From Candidatus Hadarchaeales archaeon (GTDB lineage Archaea; Hadarchaeota; Hadarchaeia; Hadarchaeales; JAWBSP01): 55,301 nt of DNA. A program made the translations under genes and the position numbers. Positions 47,376 to 55,301 of the stretch are shown piece after piece (within the stretch, counting starts at the first letter, position 1; each line of letters begins with the position of its first letter). The stretch lies in NCBI GenBank assembly GCA_038842485.1, contig JAWBSP010000006.1:1-55301 (forward strand), given 5' to 3'. The notes below the pieces were generated by a model. The model had not been told where the DNA came from. It was given only the letters and a program-made list of their open reading frames with translations, and did not search any database.

Positions 47376-48694
47376 GCGTTATAGAAAAGGCAAAGGAGGC
47401 GAGGGGAGCCGCCCTGAAAATGGGTACGCTTCCGCTGGGGGTCAGGAACAATGCCCTGCTGAGGGCTGCCGAGGAAATAGCAAGGAGGAAGGAAGAGATT
47501 CTCGCGGCAAATGCACGGGATGTCAGGAGGTGCGAGGAACTTCTCAAGAAGAGAAAAATCAGCAAGCCTCTTGTTGACAGGCTCAGGCTCTCTGACAGGA
47601 AGTTGGAATCCATCTGTGAAAGCATGAGGAGCGTGGCCATGCTTCCCGACCCCCTTGGAAGAACCCTCTACGCGGTGAGAATGGACAGGGATCTGGATTT
47701 GTACAAGGTGACCTGCCCCATAGGGGTGATAGGGGCAATCTTCGAGTCGAGACCCGACGTGCTTCCTCAGATCTCTTCCCTCTGTCTAAAGTCGGGAAAT
47801 GCGGTGCTCCTGAAGGGGGGGAGCGAGGCGAGGGAATCCAACAGGGCGCTCTTCTCCATAATAAAAGAGGCCACGGAAAGGGAAGGGGTACCGAAGGGCT
47901 GGATTCAGCTGATTGAGGAGAGAGCGGAGGTGAGGGAGCTCCTGAAACTGGATGAATACATTGACCTTTTGGTGCCCCGGGGAAGCAGGGAGTTTATAAA
48001 ATACATCCAGCAGCACACAAAAATTCCCGTTCTGGGGCATGCTGAGGGGATCTGCCACATATACGTGGACGCCAGCGCCGATCTGAAGAAGGCGGTAGAG
48101 GTGTGCTACGACGCCAAGGTACAATATCCCGCAGTTTGCAACGCGGTGGAAAAAATCTTGGTGCACAAGGCCGTTGCGGAACGCTTTCTCCCCATGCTGG
48201 CAGAGCGGCTCCAACAGGCAGGCGTAGAGATTCGGGGCTGTCCTGTAACTAGGAGAATTATAAAAGTGAAACCTGCCACTCAAGAGGACTGGAGAACGGA
48301 ATACTTGGACCTCATCGTCGCGGTTAAGGTTGTGGGGAGCCTGCAGGAGGCGGTGGACCACATCAACACTTACGGTTCAAAGCACACGGATGCCATAGTA
48401 ACGGAAGACCGCAACGCGGCGATAGAGTTCTTGGAAAGGGTGGACTCCTCCTCCGTTTTCTGGAACGCCTCAACCCGCTTCAGCGACGGTTACAGATATG
48501 GACTGGGCGCGGAGGTGGGGATAAGCACAGGCAAGATACACGCTAGGGGGCCGGTTGGGCTTGAGGGGCTGACCACCACCAAATACTATCTAGTGGGGAA
48601 TGGTCACGTGGTGGCCGATTACATCGAGGGAAGGAAAAAGTTTATACACGAACCGCTCTCTAAAACTTGGAAGGACTTCAAGACGGGTGCATGA
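47372..48694 (+). CDS. proA: Gamma-glutamyl phosphate reductase
   Basis: IFESRPDV, VCNAVE, NASTRFSDG, GISTGKIHARGPVGL. Confidence 0.96.
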   Translation: MSVIEKAKEARGAALKMGTLPLGVRNNALLRAAEEIARRKEEILAANARDVRRCEELLKKRKISKPLVDRLRLSDRKLESICESMRSVAMLPDPLGRTLYAVRMDRDLDLYKVTCPIGVIGAIFESRPDVLPQISSLCLKSGNAVLLKGGSEARESNRALFSIIKEATEREGVPKGWIQLIEERAEVRELLKLDEYIDLLVPRGSREFIKYIQQHTKIPVLGHAEGICHIYVDASADLKKAVEVCYDAKVQYPAVCNAVEKILVHKAVAERFLPMLAERLQQAGVEIRGCPVTRRIIKVKPATQEDWRTEYLDLIVAVKVVGSLQEAVDHINTYGSKHTDAIVTEDRNAAIEFLERVDSSSVFWNASTRFSDGYRYGLGAEVGISTGKIHARGPVGLEGLTTTKYYLVGNGHVVADYIEGRKKFIHEPLSKTWKDFKTGA

Positions 48695-49461
48695 AGATAG
48701 GGATCATTGGAGCGGGCAGGATGGGCTCCGCCTTGATAGAGGGGCTCATAAGGGCGGGTGTCAAGCCGGGTGACATTTGGGTCAGCGAGAAGGATGAAGC
48801 CAAGGCGGAGGAGGTGAGAAAAAGGGGAGTGAAGATGGTATCAAAAAAAGAGTTTCTGAAATGTGACGTCGTTTTTTTGGTGGTTAAACCGAAGGAGGTT
48901 CAGGAGGCCCTCGGGGATTTCCCGCGCGATTTTCAAAAATCGTTCGTTTCTTCGGTGGCGGGCGTGCGGCTTGAAACCTTCAAGATGCTGGGAAAGGCCA
49001 AACTTTTCAGGATCATGCCAAACATCTTCTGCCGGTGGGGTGAGGGGGCGATTGCCCTTTGCGCCGAGAGGGCAGACGAGAAATCCACCGCGGAGGTGGA
49101 AAGGGTTCTCTCCCGGCTAGGAAAAGTGGTGAGGGTGGATGAGGAACTGATGGATGTGGTGACTGCCCTGAGCGGAAGCGGTCCGGCATTCTTCTCTCTC
49201 CTTTTGGAGGCCGCAGTTGATGAGGCGGAAAGGCTGGGGCTTCCCAGAAGGACTGCCCTCATTCTGGCCGCTCAAACCTTGAGGGGACTGGGGACTGCGG
49301 TGGAGGGAGGGGAAAGTCCGGATGAAATCATACAAAAGGTAGCGTCACCCGGAGGAACAACCGAGGCGGGACTCCAAATCCTGGCACCAGCAAGCGAAAT
49401 CGTCAGGAAGGCCATTAAAAGAGCCTTTGAGAGGGCGGGTCAGCTTTGTTCAAAAAAGTAG
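48691..49461 (+). CDS. proC: Pyrroline-5-carboxylate reductase
   Basis: IGAGRMG, RIMPN, TALSGSGPA, VASPGGTT. ATGA overlap at 48691. Confidence 0.95.
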   Translation: MKIGIIGAGRMGSALIEGLIRAGVKPGDIWVSEKDEAKAEEVRKRGVKMVSKKEFLKCDVVFLVVKPKEVQEALGDFPRDFQKSFVSSVAGVRLETFKMLGKAKLFRIMPNIFCRWGEGAIALCAERADEKSTAEVERVLSRLGKVVRVDEELMDVVTALSGSGPAFFSLLLEAAVDEAERLGLPRRTALILAAQTLRGLGTAVEGGESPDEIIQKVASPGGTTEAGLQILAPASEIVRKAIKRAFERAGQLCSKK

Positions 49462-49922
49462 CTGTCGGTGGAACCTTTGATCACCTTCATGAGGGGCACA
49501 TAGCCCTACTCACCACCTGCTTCAAGGTGGGCGAGCAGGTACTGGTGGGGGTGTCTTCCGGAAAGCTCGCTAGGGGCAAGGGAGCCGAGCAGGGCTTTAG
49601 GGTTCGTTTGCAAAATCTCAGAAACTTTTTGAAGTCGCGGGGATGGTTGGAGAGGTGCCAGTTTGAGGAGCTTCATGATCCCTTTGGGTCAGCCCTCAAT
49701 GACCGGGAACTTGAAGCAATCGTGGTGAGTCCGGAAACTAGGGAGAGAGCCAAAGAACTCAACTTCAAAAGGCGGGAGAAGGGGCTGCCAGAGCTGGTAA
49801 TCGTGGAGGTGCCGTGGGTTCTTGCAGAAGATGGATTCCCCATCTCCTCTGAGAGAATCAGAAGGAAGGAGATCGATATTCACGGCAGGGTGATTAAGAG
49901 GTCGAGGCGGATTTCGGGATGA
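49446..49922 (+). CDS. coaD: Phosphopantetheine adenylyltransferase (archaeal type)
   Basis: VGGTFDHLHEGH, IVVSPET, PISSERIR. Confidence 0.92.
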   Translation: MFKKVAVGGTFDHLHEGHIALLTTCFKVGEQVLVGVSSGKLARGKGAEQGFRVRLQNLRNFLKSRGWLERCQFEELHDPFGSALNDRELEAIVVSPETRERAKELNFKRREKGLPELVIVEVPWVLAEDGFPISSERIRRKEIDIHGRVIKRSRRISG

Positions 49923-50446
49923 GGGCAGACACCAGACCCACCAAGGACGAGTACTACCTGGAGATAGCAAGGGCCGTGGCTTTCAGATCCCCCTGTCTCA
50001 GAAGGAGATTCGGAGCCATCATAGTGAAGGAGGACACCATCGTGAGCACGGGGTACAACGGGCCGGCTAGGGGCGTCATAAACTGCCTAGAGGTGGGGTG
50101 CATAAAGGAGGAACTGAATCTTCCCCACTATTCCGCCTACGAGTTCTGTCCTGCGACCCACGCGGAGGAAAACGCGATAATAAACGCGGCAAGGCACGGA
50201 GCGAGCGTTCTTGGGGGAATTCTGTATCTTTACGGAGTGGGGCCAGATGAGAGGCCAGCGGAGGCCAGACCCTGCGAGAGGTGCAGGAGGGTGATAATAA
50301 ACGCGGGGATAGAGAGAGTGGTCATACGGAGGGAGGATGGAAGCGTTTTCAAAATCGATGTGCAGGATTGGGTCAGGGAGGATACCGAGCTTTACAAGAA
50401 GAGGTTGGCGGAGGCGAGGAAGGGTGCGGGCCAAGTTAAAGGTTGA
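49919..50446 (+). CDS. dCMP deaminase family protein
   Basis: STGYNG, HAEENAI, PCERC. Confidence 0.9.
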   Translation: MRADTRPTKDEYYLEIARAVAFRSPCLRRRFGAIIVKEDTIVSTGYNGPARGVINCLEVGCIKEELNLPHYSAYEFCPATHAEENAIINAARHGASVLGGILYLYGVGPDERPAEARPCERCRRVIINAGIERVVIRREDGSVFKIDVQDWVREDTELYKKRLAEARKGAGQVKG

Positions 50447-51047
50447 GCTGGTGGCTTACACGCCGAATCCTGTCGAGCTCTGCGGGAGGGCGGCAGGGGT
50501 TTCGTATGACAAGGAGGAGAAGGAGGACTATGGAGCCTTCATCCGCAGAATTGTTGCGTTAGGCCACGAGAGCGTCTTGGAGCACGCTTCCTTCACTTTC
50601 CGGGTGGAGGGCATCAGCCGGGCCCTGAGCCACCAGTGGGTGAGGCACAGGATTTGCTCCTTCACCCAGCGGAGCCAGCGTAGGGTCGATGAGAGCAGGG
50701 GAGGATATGTTCTCCCCCCTCTCGACTACTTGGAGGAAAAGAAGAGGGAGGAGGTGAGGGGGAAGATGGAGGCGTTCATCAAGAGCTCCTTCGATCTCTA
50801 CCGGGAACTCAGGGAGGCTGGGGTGAGGGCCGAGGATGCACGCTACGTCCTTACCAATGCGACCGAGACCAAGATTTACTGGACGGCAAACGCCAGGGAG
50901 CTCAGGCATTTCTTTAGGCTGAGGCTCCACAAGGAGTCCCAGTGGGAAATCAGGCAGATGGCCCAGCAGATGTTTGATCTGGTCTACAGGGTCGCCCCGC
51001 CACTGTTCGAGGATCTCAGACGCCTGAGGGAGACCGGGGAACCCTAA
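50424..51047 (+). CDS. thyX: Flavin-dependent thymidylate synthase
   Basis: GHESVLEH, RHRICSFTQRSQR, EDARYVL, NARELRHF, QWEIR. Start set to GTG 50424. Confidence 0.95.
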   Translation: MRAKLKVELVAYTPNPVELCGRAAGVSYDKEEKEDYGAFIRRIVALGHESVLEHASFTFRVEGISRALSHQWVRHRICSFTQRSQRRVDESRGGYVLPPLDYLEEKKREEVRGKMEAFIKSSFDLYRELREAGVRAEDARYVLTNATETKIYWTANARELRHFFRLRLHKESQWEIRQMAQQMFDLVYRVAPPLFEDLRRLRETGEP

Positions 51048-51061
51048 TCGCAGCCGATACG

Positions 51062-51757
51062 TCAGGCCCCCAGCATCCGGCTGTCTTGGGGGTACTTGGT
51101 GTACACGTAGTCTAGGAGTTTTTTGAGCGGCATCTGACCGAACTTCCTCAGGCTAAGCAGGGCGCTCTTCACCTCATCTGGCTGCGACTCGAAGACCTCC
51201 TTCGCCACCTTCTTGCCATCCTCCGTAAGGGAGACCAGCAGGGGTTCAGCAAGTTCCCTCACCGAGCTCACCCAGCCGGCGTTCTCCAAATCCATGAGGT
51301 CTCCGTAAATCTCCCCGCAGAAGGGTCCGTGGTGGAAGGGGAGGTGGGTGTAGGGGGTCGCAATCCCTCCCTCCTTCTTCAGCAGGAAGAGCAGTTTCTG
51401 AAGCCGCACCGCGCTCTCCAAGCTTCCCCCCATCACGTGCAGGAGGGAAAGCAGCCACTTCCCCTTCTCCTTGAGTTCCCTCTCACTGAGCTTTTTCCGC
51501 TTTCCCACCAGGGTCGTCTCCAGCCTGAGCATCTCGGCGATTTTTCTCCCCTTTTCCGTCAGCGTGAGCAGCTTCTTGTAGGGCCAGCTCTTGGACTCCT
51601 CCTCCTTTATCAGGCCAGCCCGCTCCAGCTCTATAATCCTCAACCCGATGGTGTTGGGGCTCCCTCCTATCGCTTCCCGGAGTTCCCTCACCCCCCTCGG
51701 CTTCGAGAGCAGGGCAAGCAGGATCTCCGTCGCTTTCTCTCTCCTTACTTCCTCCAT
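51062..51757 (-). CDS. Putative transcriptional regulator: N-terminal wHTH plus Panacea/DUF4065-like C-terminal domain
   Basis: GVRELREAIGGSPNTIGLRIIELERAGLI...LTEKG (wHTH); RLQKLLFLL...PFHHGPF...DLMDLENAGWV...YVYTKYP. ATG at 51757 chosen as start. Confidence 0.7.
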   Translation of the reverse strand: MEEVRREKATEILLALLSKPRGVRELREAIGGSPNTIGLRIIELERAGLIKEEESKSWPYKKLLTLTEKGRKIAEMLRLETTLVGKRKKLSERELKEKGKWLLSLLHVMGGSLESAVRLQKLLFLLKKEGGIATPYTHLPFHHGPFCGEIYGDLMDLENAGWVSSVRELAEPLLVSLTEDGKKVAKEVFESQPDEVKSALLSLRKFGQMPLKKLLDYVYTKYPQDSRMLGA

Positions 51758-51764
51758 TGTTATT

Positions 51765-51885
51765 TGGTATGTAAACCGTAACATTTAAATATTTCGGTTC
51801 CAAGTAAAATCAAACCCATTGGGGCGGGATTTAAAAGATTGTTACACTAACCGTAACACTTATATGTGGTATGATTGCTGTAACA
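51765..51885. promoter_or_regulatory. Three 19-bp palindromic operator-like boxes in a divergent promoter
   Basis: TGGTAT-GTAAACC-GTAACA at 51765-51783; TGTTAC-ACTAACC-GTAACA at 51840-51858; TGGTAT-GATTGCT-GTAACA at 51867-51885. TATA-like TTTAAA at 51784 and TTATAT at 51860. Confidence 0.8.
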
Positions 51886-51898
51886 TTGGGGGTAAAAA

Positions 51899-52603
51899 GT
51901 GTTCGAGCATGTGAAGGGACTTCTCAAAACCTCTCTGATCGACTATCCGGGCAAGGTCGCCGCAGTGCTGTTTTTGGGCGGCTGTAACTTTAGGTGCCCG
52001 TACTGCTACAACACAGACCTCGTCCTCAACCCCTCCTCCCTCCCCTCGCTGACTCAAGAGGAACTCTCTAGGTTTTTGGCCTCAAGAAAGGGGTGGCTAG
52101 ACGGGGTGGTGATCTCCGGGGGGGAACCTACCATACACGAGAACCTCCCCCAGTTTCTCGCTTGGATCAAGGAATTCGGGTACGCAGTCAAGCTGGACAC
52201 AAACGGCTCCAACCCCTCCATGCTCCAATCCCTTATCGAGCGCGAACTCGTAGACTATGTTGCCTTGGATGTGAAGGCTCCTCTGGTTCATGAGAGATAC
52301 GTGACCTTCTCCCAGCTCAACGGGGGGGAGGAGGTGAGGAGGGCGGCGGAGATCCTCATGGGTTCCTCCATCGATTACGAGTTCAGGACCACGGTCGTTC
52401 CTGGTCTGCTCTCGAGGGAGGACATCCTCATGATCGCCGAGCAGCTCAAGGGGGCCAAGAGATACTACCTCCAGCAGTTCAGGCCTTCGGAGAAACTGGT
52501 GGACCCGGTGTTTTGCTCGGTCAGGCCCTATCCCCTCGAGTTCCTGCAGAAGTTGAGGGACGAGATCTCAGCCTACTTCAAGGTCTGCAGGGTGAGGTTC
52601 TAG
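51899..52603 (+). CDS. nrdG: Anaerobic ribonucleotide reductase activating enzyme
   Basis: SLIDYPG, GCNFRCPYCYN, SGGEPT, KLDTNG, EFRTTVVP. Confidence 0.93.
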   Translation: MFEHVKGLLKTSLIDYPGKVAAVLFLGGCNFRCPYCYNTDLVLNPSSLPSLTQEELSRFLASRKGWLDGVVISGGEPTIHENLPQFLAWIKEFGYAVKLDTNGSNPSMLQSLIERELVDYVALDVKAPLVHERYVTFSQLNGGEEVRRAAEILMGSSIDYEFRTTVVPGLLSREDILMIAEQLKGAKRYYLQQFRPSEKLVDPVFCSVRPYPLEFLQKLRDEISAYFKVCRVRF

Positions 52604-52604
52604 C

Positions 52605-54674
52605 ATGCCGCTGGTCAAGGTGATAAGGAGGGACGGAACGGTTGTGCCCTATGACAGGGAGAGAATAGCCAATGCCATATGGAAAGCAGCCCAAGCGGTG
52701 GGTGGAAAAGACAGGAAGAGGGCGGAGAGGCTAGCTGAGGAGGTCGAGGCTTACCTGATCGAGCAGGGATTCGGACCTGAGAACCCACCCCACATCGAGC
52801 AGATTCAGGACGCCGTAGAGAAGATACTCATCGAGCGGGGGCATGCTAGGACGGCAAAGGCCTTCATTCTGTACAGGAGGCAGAGGGAGGAGCTGAGAAG
52901 GGTTGGGGTGGAGGTCCAAGTCACGAAGCTGGTGGACGACTACCTGAACCTCCGCGACTGGAGGGTGAAGGAGAACAGCAACATGGGGTTCTCCCTTTCC
53001 GGCCTCCTCTTCCACATCGGGACCTCCGTGATTGCGAAGTACACCCTGATGAAAGTCTATCCCCCCGAGATCGCTGCCGCCCACGTCCACGGAGATTTTC
53101 ACATCCACGATCTAGGCTTTGGCATCTCCGGCTACTGCGCGGGCTGGTCCCTCCAGCAACTCCTACTCGAGGGCTTCAACGGTGTCCCCGGCAAGGTCTC
53201 CTCCAAGCCACCCAAACACCTGGACACCGCGCTCCTCCAGATGTCCAACTTCGTGGGCTCGCTTCAGAACGAGTGGGCGGGGGCCCAGGCCTTCAATGCC
53301 GTTGATGTTCTGCTTGCCCCCTTCGTCAGGACCGACGGGCTCTCTTACCGGGAGGTGAAGCAGAAGATCCAGCAGTTCGTCTACAACCTCAATATTTCTT
53401 CCCGCTGGGGAGGGCAGACCCCCTTCACCAATATCTCCCTCAGCCTTACCGTGCCCGATGACCTTGCGGGAACCCCTGCCATCGTGGGGGGACGGCCCTT
53501 AGACAAGACCTACGAGGAGTTCGGGGAGGAGGTGGAGCTGATTGACAGGGCCTTCATAGAGGTGATGACGGAGGGAGACGCGCAGGGGCGCCCCTTCACC
53601 TTCCCCATCCCCACCTTCGGCCTCACCCGGGACTTTGAGTGGGACAACGGAATCTCCTCGCTCCTTTTCGAGATGACCGCCAAGTACGGCCTCCCCTACT
53701 TCCAGAACTTCATCAACTCCCACCTCAGCCCGAGCGATGTGCGGAGCATGTGCTGCCACCTGAGCCTGAGGCTGGACGAGCTGAGGCGCAACGTGACGGG
53801 AGGGCTCTTCGGCTCGGGAGACAAGACGGGGTCTGTCGGGGTGGTAACCATCAACATGCCTAGGATAGGCTACCTCTCGGAGGACGAGTCCGAGTTCTTC
53901 GAGAAGCTGGAACACCTCATGAACCTTGCCAAGGTTTCGCTTGAAATCAAGCGGAAGGAGGTAACGAGGAAGATGAACTCGGGTCTGCTGCCCTACACCA
54001 AGCGATACCTCGGAACCCTCGACTTCCACTTCTCCACCATCGGGCTTGTTGGGATGCATGAGGCCTGCCTTAACATGGGGATTGAGGGCGGCATCGTCGG
54101 GCAGGAGGGGAGGAACTTCGCGCTGAAGGTTCTCAGGTTCATGCTCAGGAAGATAAGGGAGTTCCAGCAGGAGACCGGCCATCTGTACAACCTCGAGGCC
54201 ACGCCCGCCGAGGGGACCAGCTACCGGCTTGCGCGAATCGATAAGCAGAAGTATCCCAGCATCCTGACTTCGGGCGAGAGGGCTCCCTACTACACCAACT
54301 CCACCTGCCTTCCAGTGAACGCGGACCTCGACCTCTGGGATGCCATCAGGCACCAAGAACCCCTCCAGACCCTCTACACTGGCGGGACGGTCTTCCACAC
54401 ATACCTGGGGGAGAGGTTGGAGGACGGGGAGAGCTGCAAGAACCTGATCAGGAAGATGGCCGAGAGGTCAAGGCTCCCCTACTTCACGGTGACCCCCACC
54501 TTCTCCATCTGTCCCGACCATGGCTACCTTCCGGGCGAATATCCCCTCTGCCCATCCTGCGGCGCGGAAACCGAGGTCTACTCTAGAGTGGTGGGGTACT
54601 TCAGGCCCGTCAAGAACTGGAACGAGGGGAAGCAGGAGGAGTTCAGGCAGAGGAGAACCTTCGAAAGGGGGTGA
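52605..54674 (+). CDS. nrdD: Class III ribonucleoside-triphosphate reductase with ATP cone
   Basis: N-terminal ATP cone (VIRRDG...EQIQDAVE), HIHDL, YCAGW, RSMCC, EATPAEG, C-terminal Zn site and YSRVVGY glycyl-radical motif. Confidence 0.96.
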   Translation: MPLVKVIRRDGTVVPYDRERIANAIWKAAQAVGGKDRKRAERLAEEVEAYLIEQGFGPENPPHIEQIQDAVEKILIERGHARTAKAFILYRRQREELRRVGVEVQVTKLVDDYLNLRDWRVKENSNMGFSLSGLLFHIGTSVIAKYTLMKVYPPEIAAAHVHGDFHIHDLGFGISGYCAGWSLQQLLLEGFNGVPGKVSSKPPKHLDTALLQMSNFVGSLQNEWAGAQAFNAVDVLLAPFVRTDGLSYREVKQKIQQFVYNLNISSRWGGQTPFTNISLSLTVPDDLAGTPAIVGGRPLDKTYEEFGEEVELIDRAFIEVMTEGDAQGRPFTFPIPTFGLTRDFEWDNGISSLLFEMTAKYGLPYFQNFINSHLSPSDVRSMCCHLSLRLDELRRNVTGGLFGSGDKTGSVGVVTINMPRIGYLSEDESEFFEKLEHLMNLAKVSLEIKRKEVTRKMNSGLLPYTKRYLGTLDFHFSTIGLVGMHEACLNMGIEGGIVGQEGRNFALKVLRFMLRKIREFQQETGHLYNLEATPAEGTSYRLARIDKQKYPSILTSGERAPYYTNSTCLPVNADLDLWDAIRHQEPLQTLYTGGTVFHTYLGERLEDGESCKNLIRKMAERSRLPYFTVTPTFSICPDHGYLPGEYPLCPSCGAETEVYSRVVGYFRPVKNWNEGKQEEFRQRRTFERG

Positions 54675-54678
54675 GAAG

Positions 54679-54813
54679 ATGAACTGCCCAAACTGCGGGT
54701 CCCCGCTCCGGGTCTTCTGCGTGGCGGTTGAAAGGAGGCCACGCTGCAAAGCCTGCGGGAAGCCCCTAGATGAGATGGGAATAGCGCACAACGGGGGAGA
54801 GGTAGAGTACTAG
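54679..54813 (+). CDS. 44-aa zinc-ribbon protein
   Basis: MNCPNCG...RCKACG; GGGGTGA SD-like motif just upstream; 4 bp after the nrdD stop. Confidence 0.6.
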   Translation: MNCPNCGSPLRVFCVAVERRPRCKACGKPLDEMGIAHNGGEVEY

Positions 54814-55301
54814 GGGGTCGGTGGCGGGACCCTCTTGTGCTCGGTCTGCCTCTCCCTCTGAATGATATCCCTCACCGTCCGGATGCTAACCCCGAGTTCT
54901 CTGGCAATTTGCTGGGGGCTTTTCCCTTCATCCAAGCGCATATATATCCCGTCCAGCTTTTCGTAGGAGATCCCAAGCTCTCCCTCGTCCGTCTGCCCGG
55001 GCCAGAAGCCGGCGCTCGGAACCTTCTGGATTATCCTTTCTGGAAGGCCGAGCTCCCTCGCCAGCTCTCTGACCTGCGTTTTGTACAGCGAGCCGAGGGG
55101 GAGAAGGTCGGAGGCCCCGTCCCCGTACTTGGTGAAATACCCGGCCCTCAGCTCGCTCCTATTGCTAGTGCCCACGACCAAGTAGCCCAATAGGTTAGCG
55201 TAATAGTAAAGGATAGCCATTCTAATTCTGGCCTTCAGATTTCCAAGTGCGATCTTCGACTCCCCCAGCCTTGGCAGTACCCGGAAGGCCCGGACGATGG
55301 G
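54810..55301 (-). CDS. nadE: NH3-dependent NAD+ synthetase (5' part outside window)
   Basis: Frame open to the window edge: GNLKARIRM, GTSNRSE, GYFTKYGDG, KVPSAG, QTDEGELG. Confidence 0.93.
   Translation of the reverse strand, partial: PIVRAFRVLPRLGESKIALGNLKARIRMAILYYYANLLGYLVVGTSNRSELRAGYFTKYGDGASDLLPLGSLYKTQVRELARELGLPERIIQKVPSAGFWPGQTDEGELGISYEKLDGIYMRLDEGKSPQQIARELGVSIRTVRDIIQRERQTEHKRVPPPTP

Noticed and set aside
51857-51872. NrdR-box-like CACTTATATGTGGT
   Set aside because: Single imperfect copy, better explained as a TATA element between two 19-bp boxes; no nrdR in the window.
1-55301. CRISPR arrays, rRNA, SRP/RNase P RNA, IS elements, integrases, reverse transcriptase
   Set aside because: No regularly spaced repeats or recognisable signatures were seen by eye; small ncRNAs could have been missed.

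Overview
Archaeal chromosomal segment, GC-rich with purine-loaded coding strands. The gene content (PolD, Gins23, aCPSF1, SepF, LipS1/LipS2, archaeal ProRS) fits a euryarchaeote-like lineage; Hadarchaeia is my guess, not demonstrated. In order: a 5'-truncated surface protein and a clan-AA protease next to tRNA-Ser(CGA); a tightly coupled replication operon (mcm-gins23-cdc6-DP1-HAD-DP2-GPN GTPase-ADP-ribosylhydrolase with a degenerate HNH finger); housekeeping genes (Mut7-C, AMMECR1, sepF, aCPSF1, psmB, coaBC, pantoate kinase); an intergenic cluster of CACGTG-centred palindromes; a Ku plus ATP-dependent ligase (NHEJ-like) operon; tRNA-Ala and tRNA-Glu followed by accessory membrane/secreted genes and a stand-alone PqqD/RRE-like gene; a glycine cleavage and lipoate (LplAB, LipS1/LipS2) cluster; proS, a prolidase and proBAC; and a dNTP cluster (dCMP deaminase, thyX, nrdG, nrdD). 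The best candidate for an undescribed system is a wHTH regulator with a Panacea/DUF4065-like second domain, divergent from nrdGD, with three 19-bp TG(G/T)TA(C/T)-N7-GTAACA boxes placed against both TATA-like elements. It looks like a non-NrdR archaeal regulator of class III ribonucleotide reductase. All calls come from motif recognition by eye; no database searches were run.
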